Of a stretch of DNA of 64,000 bases, positions 55,593-64,000 are shown piece after piece. The notes under the pieces are model-generated. The model ran no database searches. It was given only the letters and a program-made list of their open reading frames with translations, and was not told the DNA's origin. The stretch is from IMG/VR virus record IMGVR_UViG_3300042893_001103, positions 1 to 64,000 of that record. One strand, given 5' to 3'. Each line of letters opens with the position of its first letter. The first letter of the stretch is position 1. The DNA comes from a virus. Both the position numbers and the translations under genes were made by a program.

Positions 55593-56954
55593 ATGTCAGA
55601 CCAAGCAAGACTTACAGAATTGCAATCAACCCTTCGTGCCAAGATGGCAGACAACAAGGCGATTGCAGACTCATTCCGTATTGAAGAAGGAACCGTTGTT
55701 GTCAACGCTCAGCAAAAGAGCGCATTTGACAAAAACATGACCGACATCAAGGAAATCAAGGGACTCATTGAGGGCCTTGAGGCAATGAACACAGTTGAAT
55801 CATGGGGCTCACAAGCACCAGCAGAATCAGTTGCAGTTGCTGCAGCAGCAGGCTATTCATTGAAGGGCCTCGGCGCTTCATACTCAATCGGTGACTTGTT
55901 CCTCAACTCACCAGAGTTCAAGACCCTTTTGGGTGGTAAGAATGGCGCAAACATGCCTTCCCCATTCCAACTCGGAGCATCACTCACAACTCACGGCGCA
56001 TACGGCGTTAAGGACGTTTACTCAGCACTTCCATCAGGCACACTAGCCCGTGGTGCATCTGCTGACTTCGGTTCAATCCAGCGCGACCCAATGGTCATGT
56101 CACCACAGCGTGTAAAGCGTGTTCGTGACTTGTTCCCAAGCCGCACCACTTCAGCAGCAGTTATTGAATACTTCCGCATGCTTGGTTTCACCGCAACAGG
56201 CGGCGGAACCAACAATGCAGGAGTTGTTGCTGAGCGTAACGCAGGAAACACCGCGTTTGCCGCTAAGCCACAGTCCTCAATGGTATTTGAAGGCCACCAG
56301 GCCCCAGTACGCACCATTGCTCACTGGGAAGCAGCACACCGTAACGTCCTTGCGGACGAGCCACAGTTGCGTTCAATCATTGACAACGAATTGATGTACG
56401 GTCTCCGTCTTCAAGAAGATGCTCAAATCCTCAACGGTGATGGAACTGGCGAAAACCTTACTGGTGTTCTTCAGACTTCAGGTATCCAGAACTACTCATG
56501 GTCAAGCGGTTTGTACTCAGCAACCGCAGGAATGTCAGACACAAAGGCAGACGCAATCCGTCGCGCCGCTACACTGTCGTTCCTCGCTTACTACGAGCCA
56601 TCTGGTGTCGTTCTTCACCCGAACGATTGGGAAGACATTGAGTTGACCAAGGATGGCAATGGCCAGTATCTCGTTGCAGTTTCGGTTGCAATGGGCGGCG
56701 AGCCAAAGGTATGGCGTTTGCCAGTCGTTGAGACCCCTGCAATTCCAGAAGGCACCGCACTTGTCGGCGCATTCGGTACGGGCGCACAGTTGTACGACCG
56801 TGAGCAGGCTTCAATCCGCATCTCAGAGCAGCACTCGGACTTCTTCGTTCGCAACGCAATCGTTGTACTCGCAGAACAGCGCCTCGCCCTTGCGGTTAAG
56901 CGCCCAGAGTCATTCGTCAAAGTTACATTTGACAACGCTCCAACAGCCGAATAA
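55593..56954 (+). CDS. HK97-fold major capsid protein
   Basis: Coiled-coil delta-like N-terminus; VRTIAHW, LADEPQLRSIIDNELMYGL, ILNGDGTGENLTG, FVRNAIVVLAEQRLALAVKRPESF. Confidence 0.95.
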   Translation: MSDQARLTELQSTLRAKMADNKAIADSFRIEEGTVVVNAQQKSAFDKNMTDIKEIKGLIEGLEAMNTVESWGSQAPAESVAVAAAAGYSLKGLGASYSIGDLFLNSPEFKTLLGGKNGANMPSPFQLGASLTTHGAYGVKDVYSALPSGTLARGASADFGSIQRDPMVMSPQRVKRVRDLFPSRTTSAAVIEYFRMLGFTATGGGTNNAGVVAERNAGNTAFAAKPQSSMVFEGHQAPVRTIAHWEAAHRNVLADEPQLRSIIDNELMYGLRLQEDAQILNGDGTGENLTGVLQTSGIQNYSWSSGLYSATAGMSDTKADAIRRAATLSFLAYYEPSGVVLHPNDWEDIELTKDGNGQYLVAVSVAMGGEPKVWRLPVVETPAIPEGTALVGAFGTGAQLYDREQASIRISEQHSDFFVRNAIVVLAEQRLALAVKRPESFVKVTFDNAPTAE

Positions 56955-56965
56955 CTACTAAGCGG

Positions 56966-57002
56966 AACCCCGCTCGTTCCTTTGGGGATGGGCGGGGTTT
57001 TT
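56966..57002 (+). terminator. Rho-independent terminator after the capsid gene
   Basis: aaccccgctcgttcc-ttt-ggggatgggcggggtt hairpin followed by a T run. Confidence 0.8.
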
Positions 57003-57024
57003 GCTATATATGGGATAATTCATT

Positions 57025-57573
57025 ATGAAGGAAAACGATGCGTTTAAATTTATTGGAGACATGCCATCTTTCAATGAACTTCTCGGTGATGTCTCGTCCC
57101 TAACCCCAGAAGACTGGTTGAAATACGTGCAACGTAAAAAAATTGGCGGTGCAGCAGGGGGTAATACTGACACCATCCCATTGGTCTATGACGTGATGCA
57201 AAAACTCAACTCGGACGTAGTGCACGAACATTACAGACAATTTAGTAAGTATCTAGATGAAGTCGTTCTTGCCACGATGGAAACAATTGGAGAAGTAAAA
57301 ATTCAACAATCAATACTGGCAAGACTTAGGGCAAAAACAACTATTCCCAAACATAAAGATGTCGGAAATCCATTAACCGCAAAAATCCATAGCCAGACTC
57401 ACAGAATACACGTTCCAGTTATAACCAATGAAAATTGCATATTTACCATTGGTGATGAATCAAAGAACCTAAAGCCTGGCCAAATATGGATTGTAGACAA
57501 CGTAGGAAGACACCATGGTGTCAAGAATAGTGGAGACGAAGACCGAGTGCACCTAATCATAGACGCCATCTGA
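57025..57573 (+). CDS. Aspartyl/asparaginyl beta-hydroxylase family 2OG-Fe(II) dioxygenase
   Basis: IPKHKD (HxD), RIHVPVITN, HGVKN.G...RVHLIID. Confidence 0.85.
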   Translation: MKENDAFKFIGDMPSFNELLGDVSSLTPEDWLKYVQRKKIGGAAGGNTDTIPLVYDVMQKLNSDVVHEHYRQFSKYLDEVVLATMETIGEVKIQQSILARLRAKTTIPKHKDVGNPLTAKIHSQTHRIHVPVITNENCIFTIGDESKNLKPGQIWIVDNVGRHHGVKNSGDEDRVHLIIDAI

Positions 57574-57615
57574 ACTGTGGGACAATTAAGACATGCCACC
57601 TTAGGGCTAATCCAG

Positions 57616-57658
57616 GAAATCTCTCGTCCTTGTTTTGAAGGCGGGGGATTTCTTGTTT
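57616..57658 (+). terminator. Rho-independent terminator-like hairpin
   Basis: gaaatctctcgtcctt-gttttg-aaggcgggggatttc then ttgttt. Confidence 0.6.
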
Positions 57659-57726
57659 AATAGGGTTATCTGGGCGTTTTGCGTTTATGAACTACAATTT
57701 GTTCATGACATATAAAGTTGATTGTT

Positions 57727-57891
57727 GTGCCTAGAAGAGACGAAGACGAGCCACTGGACAAATACATCCAATACGTCAGTAAACTAAGAGGCGCGCCCGA
57801 CGATTTTGAAGATTGGGCAGTAGACAACAATGTAAAGTTGCCTGCAAAAAAGAAAACAAACAAACCAGAGGATAATTATGACGATACCTAG
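57727..57891 (+). CDS. Small hypothetical protein (not in the ORF track)
   Basis: GTG start, 54 aa: MPRRDEDEPLDKYIQYVSKLRGAPDDFEDWAVDNN...; overlaps the next gene. Confidence 0.55.
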   Translation: MPRRDEDEPLDKYIQYVSKLRGAPDDFEDWAVDNNVKLPAKKKTNKPEDNYDDT

Positions 57892-58075
57892 TCCGGACGC
57901 ATTCAAAGATAAGGGAACATGGGAAAGATGGAAGAAAAGAAACTCTCCCGGAATGTCACCTGAAGAAATAATTAAGTCAATGGAAGCAGCGCCGCATCCT
58001 TTTACAAAAGACCCAAATAATCCCTTCACAATTCTCAAGAGAGAACGAGAAATAAGAGAAGCCGGCGAACAGTGA
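57878..58075 (+). CDS. Hypothetical protein
   Basis: 65 aa, GAGGA RBS, coupled to the next gene. Confidence 0.6.
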   Translation: MTIPSPDAFKDKGTWERWKKRNSPGMSPEEIIKSMEAAPHPFTKDPNNPFTILKREREIREAGEQ

Positions 58076-58338
58076 TACTCAAGCCAGGAACAGACCCAGA
58101 AGAAGCCGCAAAACTGAGGGCTTCAATGAATAAAATTCATCAGCAGATTGATGACTTCTTAACACTCAAAGACACTATTGAGTCAGACAATCCTGCAAAG
58201 GATGCGTGGAAAGCGGTATATGGGTGGGACAATCCAGCGCTTGACGAGAACACAAAAGAAGGCAAAGCGTTGAAAGCCAGAATAGCAAGAATGTTCGGTA
58301 AAGATATTGATACTCAAGAAAAAGACGAGAAAAACTAA
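58072..58338 (+). CDS. Hypothetical protein
   Basis: 88 aa, coupled on both sides. Confidence 0.6.
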   Translation: MILKPGTDPEEAAKLRASMNKIHQQIDDFLTLKDTIESDNPAKDAWKAVYGWDNPALDENTKEGKALKARIARMFGKDIDTQEKDEKN

Positions 58339-59342
58339 TGGATTCAATTTTTTCTTTTGACGAAAGCAAATGGTCTGTTTTTGATGTTTCGTACTCTATT
58401 GAACTCAAAGAACAGTACCCAGAGATTTGGGCTATGTCTGGTGGCTCCAAGTCAGACTACATACATGAAGTCTTGTTAGAGATATTTGAAAGTGGTGGAG
58501 TGGCGACAACACCGGAACAAGTGGAAGTTCTTGAACTGAGAGAATCATGGATTAACAGGCATGTTTACGACAGTCAGCCAGCAGGTTACGTGGCTCAAGT
58601 TAAGTGGCTTGCCGTATCTTCAAATGGCGAAGCGTGGCAGAAAAGAAAAATCAACGAAGAAGTTTCAAAATTCCACACAAGAACAGAATGGATTCTTGAA
58701 AAAGGTCTTCCCTGCTGGAAGGGCTACGAGCAAGTCGGAATGAAGATGGGGAAAAAGGGGAAAATGGTTCCCAACTGTGTCCCCATTAAGACCAAGAGCG
58801 CTCAACTCAAAGACCCCAAAGGCGGCCTTACCGCCGCAGGACGAAAGTTCTTTAAACGCACGGAGGGGGCAGACCTGAAACCTGGAGTAAAAGGCGCTGC
58901 CAACACCCCAGAGAAGATGCGCAGAAAAGGGTCGTTCCTCACCAGATTCTTCACCAACCCGTCTGGGCCAATGAAGGACGACAGGGGACGCCCTACGCGT
59001 CTTGCTTTGTCGGCTGCAGCGTGGGGGGAACCTGTCCCTCAGGACGCCTCAGACGCTGCTGCGCTGGCTGCTAAGGGCCGCAGAATGCTTGATAGGTACG
59101 AGAGAGCCAAGAAAAAAGATTCTTTTGAAAACATTGAAACAAAAGTATTTACTGATTCTTCTAATGAAGGAAAATTCAAGAGTTATATTGATTCTTTAGA
59201 CGACAAAAAGTTTGAAGAATTATTTCCAGACGATGACCAAAGTAGTTGGAATATACCAACGGAAGAAAAGTGGATATTTGATGTTGCTGGTGCTTTCCTG
59301 AGAAGGTCAATAACAAACAGACGGCGCAAAAGAAGAAGGTAA
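58338..59342 (+). CDS. Modular head-associated protein (DUF6321-like module)
   Basis: YPEIW..GG...RESWINRH; CWKGYEQVGMK..GKMVPNCVP; KDPKGGLTAAGRK...RKGSFLTRF. Confidence 0.65.
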   Translation: MDSIFSFDESKWSVFDVSYSIELKEQYPEIWAMSGGSKSDYIHEVLLEIFESGGVATTPEQVEVLELRESWINRHVYDSQPAGYVAQVKWLAVSSNGEAWQKRKINEEVSKFHTRTEWILEKGLPCWKGYEQVGMKMGKKGKMVPNCVPIKTKSAQLKDPKGGLTAAGRKFFKRTEGADLKPGVKGAANTPEKMRRKGSFLTRFFTNPSGPMKDDRGRPTRLALSAAAWGEPVPQDASDAAALAAKGRRMLDRYERAKKKDSFENIETKVFTDSSNEGKFKSYIDSLDDKKFEELFPDDDQSSWNIPTEEKWIFDVAGAFLRRSITNRRRKRRR

Positions 59343-59345
59343 ATA

Positions 59346-59798
59346 ATGACCACATGGGGAGAATACAAGGGCGAAATAAAGGGTTTCAGGTTTGAAACAA
59401 AGGCGGATAAGAAATGCCCTCCAGCGACACAAGACATTGCTATAAACATAAAGAACCGTCAGAAGGCTATTCAGTCCGCAGCGTATGGACCCCTCAACCC
59501 CAAGCAGCCAAACGATAAGTTTTGGCAGGATAAAGCAGATAGATGGGACGTATCTATCCCTTCGGCAAAGAAGCAGAAATGTGGAAACTGCATTCTTTTC
59601 GTACGTTCGCCAAGAATTCTTGACTGCATTGAAACAGGACTCGGGAACGAGTCTGGCGCAGCGTGGGACGTAATTGAAGCAGGAAAGATTGGCTACTGCG
59701 AAGCATTTGACTTCAAGTGCCACGCCGAACGCACCTGCGACGCATGGGTCGTGGGTGGGCCAACCGTAACGGACAACGACAGTCGGAAACCAGACTAA
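59346..59798 (+). CDS. Cys-rich protein with HiPIP-like cysteine spacing
   Basis: CPPATQD...CGNCILF...GYCEAFDFKCHAERTCDAW. Confidence 0.6.
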   Translation: MTTWGEYKGEIKGFRFETKADKKCPPATQDIAINIKNRQKAIQSAAYGPLNPKQPNDKFWQDKADRWDVSIPSAKKQKCGNCILFVRSPRILDCIETGLGNESGAAWDVIEAGKIGYCEAFDFKCHAERTCDAWVVGGPTVTDNDSRKPD

Positions 59799-60202
59799 TG
59801 ACAAACGAAAGATTCTGGTACGGAGCAACCCTGTTAAAAGTTATTGATGGTGACACAATTGAACTCATGATTGACCTTGGGTTTAATATCCATCACAAAA
59901 TTCGTGTTCGTCTTTACGGAGTAAACACTCCAGAATCACGCACCAAAGACCTTGCCGAAAAAGCAATGGGTCTTAAAGCAAAGGCTTATACGCAGGATTG
60001 GCTAACCAATCATAAGTGGGTATTTGTTAATACGATTCCCGATAAGAACGACAAATACGGGCGTATTTTGGCTCGTATTTTTTCTTCGGACGATATTGAT
60101 GACCCGACCACCGCTTGTCTCAACAAAGACATTATCCAGTCTGGCTACGCTCGTGAATATTTTGGCGTAGGCGACAAAACTTGGACTGAGTTTAAGAAAT
60201 AA
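59798..60202 (+). CDS. Thermonuclease (SNase-like)
   Basis: KVIDGDTI, RVRLYGVNTPE, DKYGRILA, GYAREY; start ATG 59798. Confidence 0.92.
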   Translation: MTNERFWYGATLLKVIDGDTIELMIDLGFNIHHKIRVRLYGVNTPESRTKDLAEKAMGLKAKAYTQDWLTNHKWVFVNTIPDKNDKYGRILARIFSSDDIDDPTTACLNKDIIQSGYAREYFGVGDKTWTEFKK

Positions 60203-60236
60203 AAAACCCCACCCCAATTAAGGAGCGGGGTTTCTT
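60201..60236 (-). terminator. Terminator between convergent genes
   Basis: Minus strand reads aaaccccgctcc-ttaatt-ggggtgggg-tttttt. Confidence 0.7.
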
Positions 60237-60255
60237 ACTACTTAGGAGGTAATGA

Positions 60256-60648
60256 TTAGTCGTTTACGCCGTCGGCTTGAATGTGTGTTGCGTCTGATAC
60301 TTCAGAAACAGTGAAAGTTGCTGTTGCACCAGTTCCTGCTGTACCAGAACCAACGGTCAAGATATCAAGGTGAACAAGTGCGCCCTTTGCAAAAGCGAGG
60401 TTTGATGCAGTTGCCGAGAGTGTTCCATCTGCTGAAGTTCCAGAGGCTGCTACCGAGAAGGTTGCTGCAGTGTTTGCTCCAACAAGAAGTCCTGCGGTAA
60501 GTGCTGAACCTGCTGGTGCGCCAGTAACTGCCAATGTAGCACCAGTGATTACGCCCTTGTAAGGCATTCTCATGGTTACGACGCTGGTTGTTGCAAGCGT
60601 TCCTGGGATTGTCAGAGTGATTGTCTGTGGTGCGATAATTGCTGTCAT
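60256..60648 (-). CDS. Ala/Thr-rich beta protein, possible capsid decoration protein
   Basis: 130 aa, composition typical of virion accessory proteins; AGGAG RBS and own terminator. Confidence 0.5.
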   Translation of the reverse strand: MTAIIAPQTITLTIPGTLATTSVVTMRMPYKGVITGATLAVTGAPAGSALTAGLLVGANTAATFSVAASGTSADGTLSATASNLAFAKGALVHLDILTVGSGTAGTGATATFTVSEVSDATHIQADGVND

Positions 60649-60730
60649 TTTGTTCTCCTATGCCGAACTGTTTTTTTGCCTTTCGGCGCTTAATGTAAAT
60701 AATACATCATGGGTGACCCCGTGTGCGGAA

Positions 60731-62776
60731 TTACCCCTGATTGTCCTTAATAAATTTTATTTCGCATGAATCCGTTGTGCAGTAAGACTCCCCGATTGCA
60801 TCGGCAGCCATTCCTGCATATACGCCCGTGAAGTCAATAGGAAATAATGATTTACCTGCCTCTTCATATACGCTCTGCTCTATCTGTGTGTACGGCATTT
60901 GCGGATAGGTGAAGTTTCCTTGGGGCAAGAACGACACAGTTTTAAGTTGACCGTCATACATGTGGAGTACGGTGCCGATGTGTTCTTTTTCTTTCTCTGC
61001 GTCAAAGGAAATCGTAACTGACACCGAGTTGTCCGACCAGTAGCGTTGTGCAACTGCTGCTAGTGACATCTTTTCAAAGATTGTTACGTCCTTTTCGGAG
61101 CGACGTGCGTCTGACTTGATTGGGAAGAACACTACGGATGTTGTATCTGGAGATTCCGAGGCAGGCTCAACTCTATAGTTGGCCATTCTGAACAATGGAA
61201 GCATTGGGTCTTCATTAGAGAATCTAATCGCTCTATCAAAATACTCACCGCCTGGAGTCCAATGAACACCAGGAGATTCGCCGGCAAGGATAGAAACTGT
61301 TCCAGATGGTTTTACTGTTGTCATCTTGATTGACTCACGAATTCCGAGCCACTCCGAGTAAGAAACATCATAATTCTTTACCGTGTTGTACCCAGTGTCC
61401 ATCCACTCACGAAGAACTGGCATTCCCACGCGGTCAGCGAAGTTAGCAACACCGGACATTGAAGTACCGATGCGACGATTGCGTTGCATGATTGCGTTTG
61501 TCTCTTCCCAGTGGGTAGGAAGAAGCGTTACGGTCTTTGCGTAAAGATATGCAAACTTCAAGGTTCGCTTGTAATCATCCAAAGAATCATGGCGATTGAG
61601 GTATGTCTCCACGAGAGTACAGCACTCATATGACTCAAGAGATTGTTCTGCACATGGGTTATATCCAGCAACACGCCAGTCTTTGTTGTTTGCAGGGTCT
61701 GCAAGACGACCGTATTTACGAGACATGTCAAGCCAGATAACTCCTGGCTCTCCATTGAGCGCAATTCCGTCAACAATCTTAGAAAGGTCCTTGCCTACAG
61801 AGGTTTCAACGGAGTTGTTTGACATCCATCCCCAACCAAGTGATTCTGGGTCGTATGAGTTGCGCTCAGGAAATACTGATGAGTTTTTCAAGTTAAGAAA
61901 TTCATCATCATCCAAACTACCAATCAGCAATTCTGCGGAGCGACGAACGTTTCCAGAAACAACACAAACACCAATCATGTTTCCAATGTCTGCAATATCA
62001 ACCTTTGTAATTAATTGACCATTGCGGTTTTCAAACATCTTTCTAATGTATTTATGCAGTCGTTCTAACGAAGCGTGACCAGCAGCAGTACCACCAAATG
62101 TTTTGATAGGTGTTCCTGCAGGGCGAATTAGTGAATAATCAAAGATGATTGGTGACTGGTCTTGCTTTAAGTAAGAATTAATCAACATGCTGACAGAAGA
62201 AACCCAGCCTTCTCGGCTGTCTTCAATGACTTCTGTAACTGGTGGCTTTGTTGGCTCATAGATAGTGAATTCTTTTTCTGCACCCTTGTTGTCAAAACCA
62301 ACACCGACACCAAGCATTGATGCTTCCATAAGAAACGCAAAAGGCTTTGCAGGATTGTTCTTTGTCATTTCAGATGTTGATACAAATGCACAGTTCTGCA
62401 ACGCAGCAGAGTTTTTCTGAACATTGACTAACGGAGTTCCCATAACCCACAAGCCACGACCAGGTGGAGTCCACTTCAGGTTAAACAAACGGTCAAACGC
62501 TTCTTTTGCAGATGCTTGTGCTTTGGAATCGTTCCAGGGTAGACGATTTGTTTTGCAGTGGTCTTTCTGCAGGGAGTACATACCGTTGATTACGCGTTCA
62601 CAAACATCTGACCATGTTTCTTTTGTTCCGTCTTCTTTTAAGCGCGAATAAGTACGCAAAAAAGTTATTTCTCCTACAGAGTTACCGCCGGCATCAACAT
62701 AACCAAATGGTGCTTTTTTTGTTCTGTAAGAACTAATAAAATCTTCTGATAGGCGGAATGTGAAAAATGAAGACAC
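60731..62776 (-). CDS. nrdJ: Class II (adenosylcobalamin-dependent) ribonucleotide reductase, monomeric RTPR type
   Basis: RTYSR, PPGRGLW, LQNC, GNVRRSA, NPCAEQ..CCTLVE, TTVKPSGT, C-terminal CTTDSC. Confidence 0.93.
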   Translation of the reverse strand: MSSFFTFRLSEDFISSYRTKKAPFGYVDAGGNSVGEITFLRTYSRLKEDGTKETWSDVCERVINGMYSLQKDHCKTNRLPWNDSKAQASAKEAFDRLFNLKWTPPGRGLWVMGTPLVNVQKNSAALQNCAFVSTSEMTKNNPAKPFAFLMEASMLGVGVGFDNKGAEKEFTIYEPTKPPVTEVIEDSREGWVSSVSMLINSYLKQDQSPIIFDYSLIRPAGTPIKTFGGTAAGHASLERLHKYIRKMFENRNGQLITKVDIADIGNMIGVCVVSGNVRRSAELLIGSLDDDEFLNLKNSSVFPERNSYDPESLGWGWMSNNSVETSVGKDLSKIVDGIALNGEPGVIWLDMSRKYGRLADPANNKDWRVAGYNPCAEQSLESYECCTLVETYLNRHDSLDDYKRTLKFAYLYAKTVTLLPTHWEETNAIMQRNRRIGTSMSGVANFADRVGMPVLREWMDTGYNTVKNYDVSYSEWLGIRESIKMTTVKPSGTVSILAGESPGVHWTPGGEYFDRAIRFSNEDPMLPLFRMANYRVEPASESPDTTSVVFFPIKSDARRSEKDVTIFEKMSLAAVAQRYWSDNSVSVTISFDAEKEKEHIGTVLHMYDGQLKTVSFLPQGNFTYPQMPYTQIEQSVYEEAGKSLFPIDFTGVYAGMAADAIGESYCTTDSCEIKFIKDNQG

Positions 62777-62846
62777 TTACTCGCTCCTCTTTCTATTTGT
62801 ATGTTTAGGAAATCAATCATACAACCAACACCCTGTTTACACCCGT

Positions 62847-63149
62847 CTAAGCAATGCCCAAATTTTTTGCTTTCTCAAGTGTTACGTATGAACCTTTATG
62901 ATGAATAATCACACGTGCTTTTGTGAATGGAGTGATTTGCCTATCTTCGTAGATGTCTTCTTCTACTAAAAATGTCTGCAGTTCTTTTAATGTTTCAATA
63001 ACTCCGGTAAGACCAACAATTTTTTTTGGTGGACCATCTTCTCCGTCGCAATCACCTGTAGGGTGACCGCAAACTGGACAAGGTTCACGAGTTGCTCTTA
63101 GAATAGATATTCCGTCGCCAAGTTTTTCAGTTGCGGAATCTCTAAACAT
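62847..63149 (-). CDS. Hypothetical protein with CPVCGHPTGDC motif
   Basis: Probable ATG at 63149; Zn-ligand-like motif. Confidence 0.65.
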   Translation of the reverse strand: MFRDSATEKLGDGISILRATREPCPVCGHPTGDCDGEDGPPKKIVGLTGVIETLKELQTFLVEEDIYEDRQITPFTKARVIIHHKGSYVTLEKAKNLGIA

Positions 63150-63239
63150 ACTCAATTTTACCTCGCCTGGTTCACCTGGTCGGTGAACTGTGTCTTATAA
63201 ACACAGTCTAAACATAAGGTTCAATTCCTTAGGCGAGGA

Positions 63240-63869
63240 CTAATAGAAAACCTGAAGGTGAAAACCGAGGTTATTAATTGCTTCCGCTGCATCGTCTTCA
63301 TCTTTTTCGTTGACAATATATTGTTCCATTATTGTCTTGTACAAAAGTGCTGGATAACTCTTGTCACGCAATGTTCTTACCGCTCCGTCTGGATAAACAG
63401 TAATCGGCTTAAAAATCATCCTATTTTGGGCTAGATATTCATAAGAAATTGAAACAAGCGTTAGTTCTGCTCCTCCCATTTCGTCACTTTCGGCGTGAGT
63501 TACAGTAATGCACTCATTTACTCCGGTAGTTTCGTCAAGAAATGCTTTCTGAAGGTCAAGTCCTCGTGTTTTTTCTATATCCGGAGAACAGTACCCCTCG
63601 GCCACCATGGAGAGGCTGTCAATATCCCAGAAACCCTTAAGAATCCCAAGCATTGCCGCGCATCTTTGAAGCCTGTCTATTGGTTTTTCCTGCATGTGCT
63701 TCTTACTTAACTGCACAATGGCGAGAACCTTGCCATCTTTCCATCCAATAAAATTGAATGCCAAATCTTCCCCGACTCCTAACTCACTAACAAAACCTTG
63801 TTTTGCTAATTGAGCAGATGTCAAGGCTAATGCTATTTTTGAAAATTCGTCTGGGTATAAATCATCCAC
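63240..63869 (-). CDS. Hypothetical protein
   Basis: 209 aa ORF with GTG start. Confidence 0.7.
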   Translation of the reverse strand: MDDLYPDEFSKIALALTSAQLAKQGFVSELGVGEDLAFNFIGWKDGKVLAIVQLSKKHMQEKPIDRLQRCAAMLGILKGFWDIDSLSMVAEGYCSPDIEKTRGLDLQKAFLDETTGVNECITVTHAESDEMGGAELTLVSISYEYLAQNRMIFKPITVYPDGAVRTLRDKSYPALLYKTIMEQYIVNEKDEDDAAEAINNLGFHLQVFY

Positions 63870-63947
63870 ACGCCCACATTAGTGCACTTAATGCTATAGT
63901 CGGGGATGTCCTATGGGGCCAAAAATCTTAACAAAGAAAGACAAGAC

Positions 63948-64000
63948 ATGAGTAAGCAACCAGCAAAGAAAACAGCAGCGAAGAAGACGGCAACAAAAAA
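63948..64000 (+). CDS. Start of a Lys/Ala-rich histone-like protein (truncated by window end)
   Basis: MSKQPAKKTAAKKTATK... Confidence 0.45.
   Translation, partial: MSKQPAKKTAAKKTATK

Noticed and set aside
1-64000. Alternative genetic code, tRNA or rRNA genes
   Set aside because: Genes are full length and abut under the standard code with all three stops used; intergenic gaps are short and I recognised no tRNA cloverleaf, though tRNAscan was not run

Overview
The window is a gene-dense segment of a large tailed dsDNA phage with a contractile (myovirus-type) tail. Leaderless-type promoters and the gene content hint at an actinobacterial host (inference). Minus strand, 1-30.3 kb, in transcription order: terminase large subunit; recombination genes (Rad52/Sak-like annealase, PD-(D/E)XK exonuclease, HNH, RuvC, UvsY-like); a ParB + IbrA/IbrB-like PAPS-reductase module; neck genes; sheath; tube; a frameshifted tail chaperone; tape measure; baseplate; a spike-fibre fusion; fibres; and a holin-like gene. 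Plus strand, 30.4-60.2 kb: HK97-type portal and major capsid protein, separated by about 23 kb of very large modular proteins. The first is an HK97-type prohead protease extended to 2174 aa. These proteins share three kinds of short recurring signal: a G-[FLM]-x-S-[SRET] linker (16 copies), x-x-K-[ASG] protease-like sites, and two shared leader motifs (FDPxAxDGDxDGxxQxGTxxxRP and RCPxG...RFT). They carry effector-like domains (HipA/PI-kinase-like, zeta-toxin-like P-loop, HExxH zincin, ADP-ribosyltransferase-like, HTH), and several of these look catalytically dead. My best candidate for an undescribed system is a capsid-packaged, protease-processed polyprotein cargo array. The right end has a 2OG-Fe(II) hydroxylase, a thermonuclease and a class II ribonucleotide reductase. 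All domain calls come from motif recognition by eye; no database searches were run.
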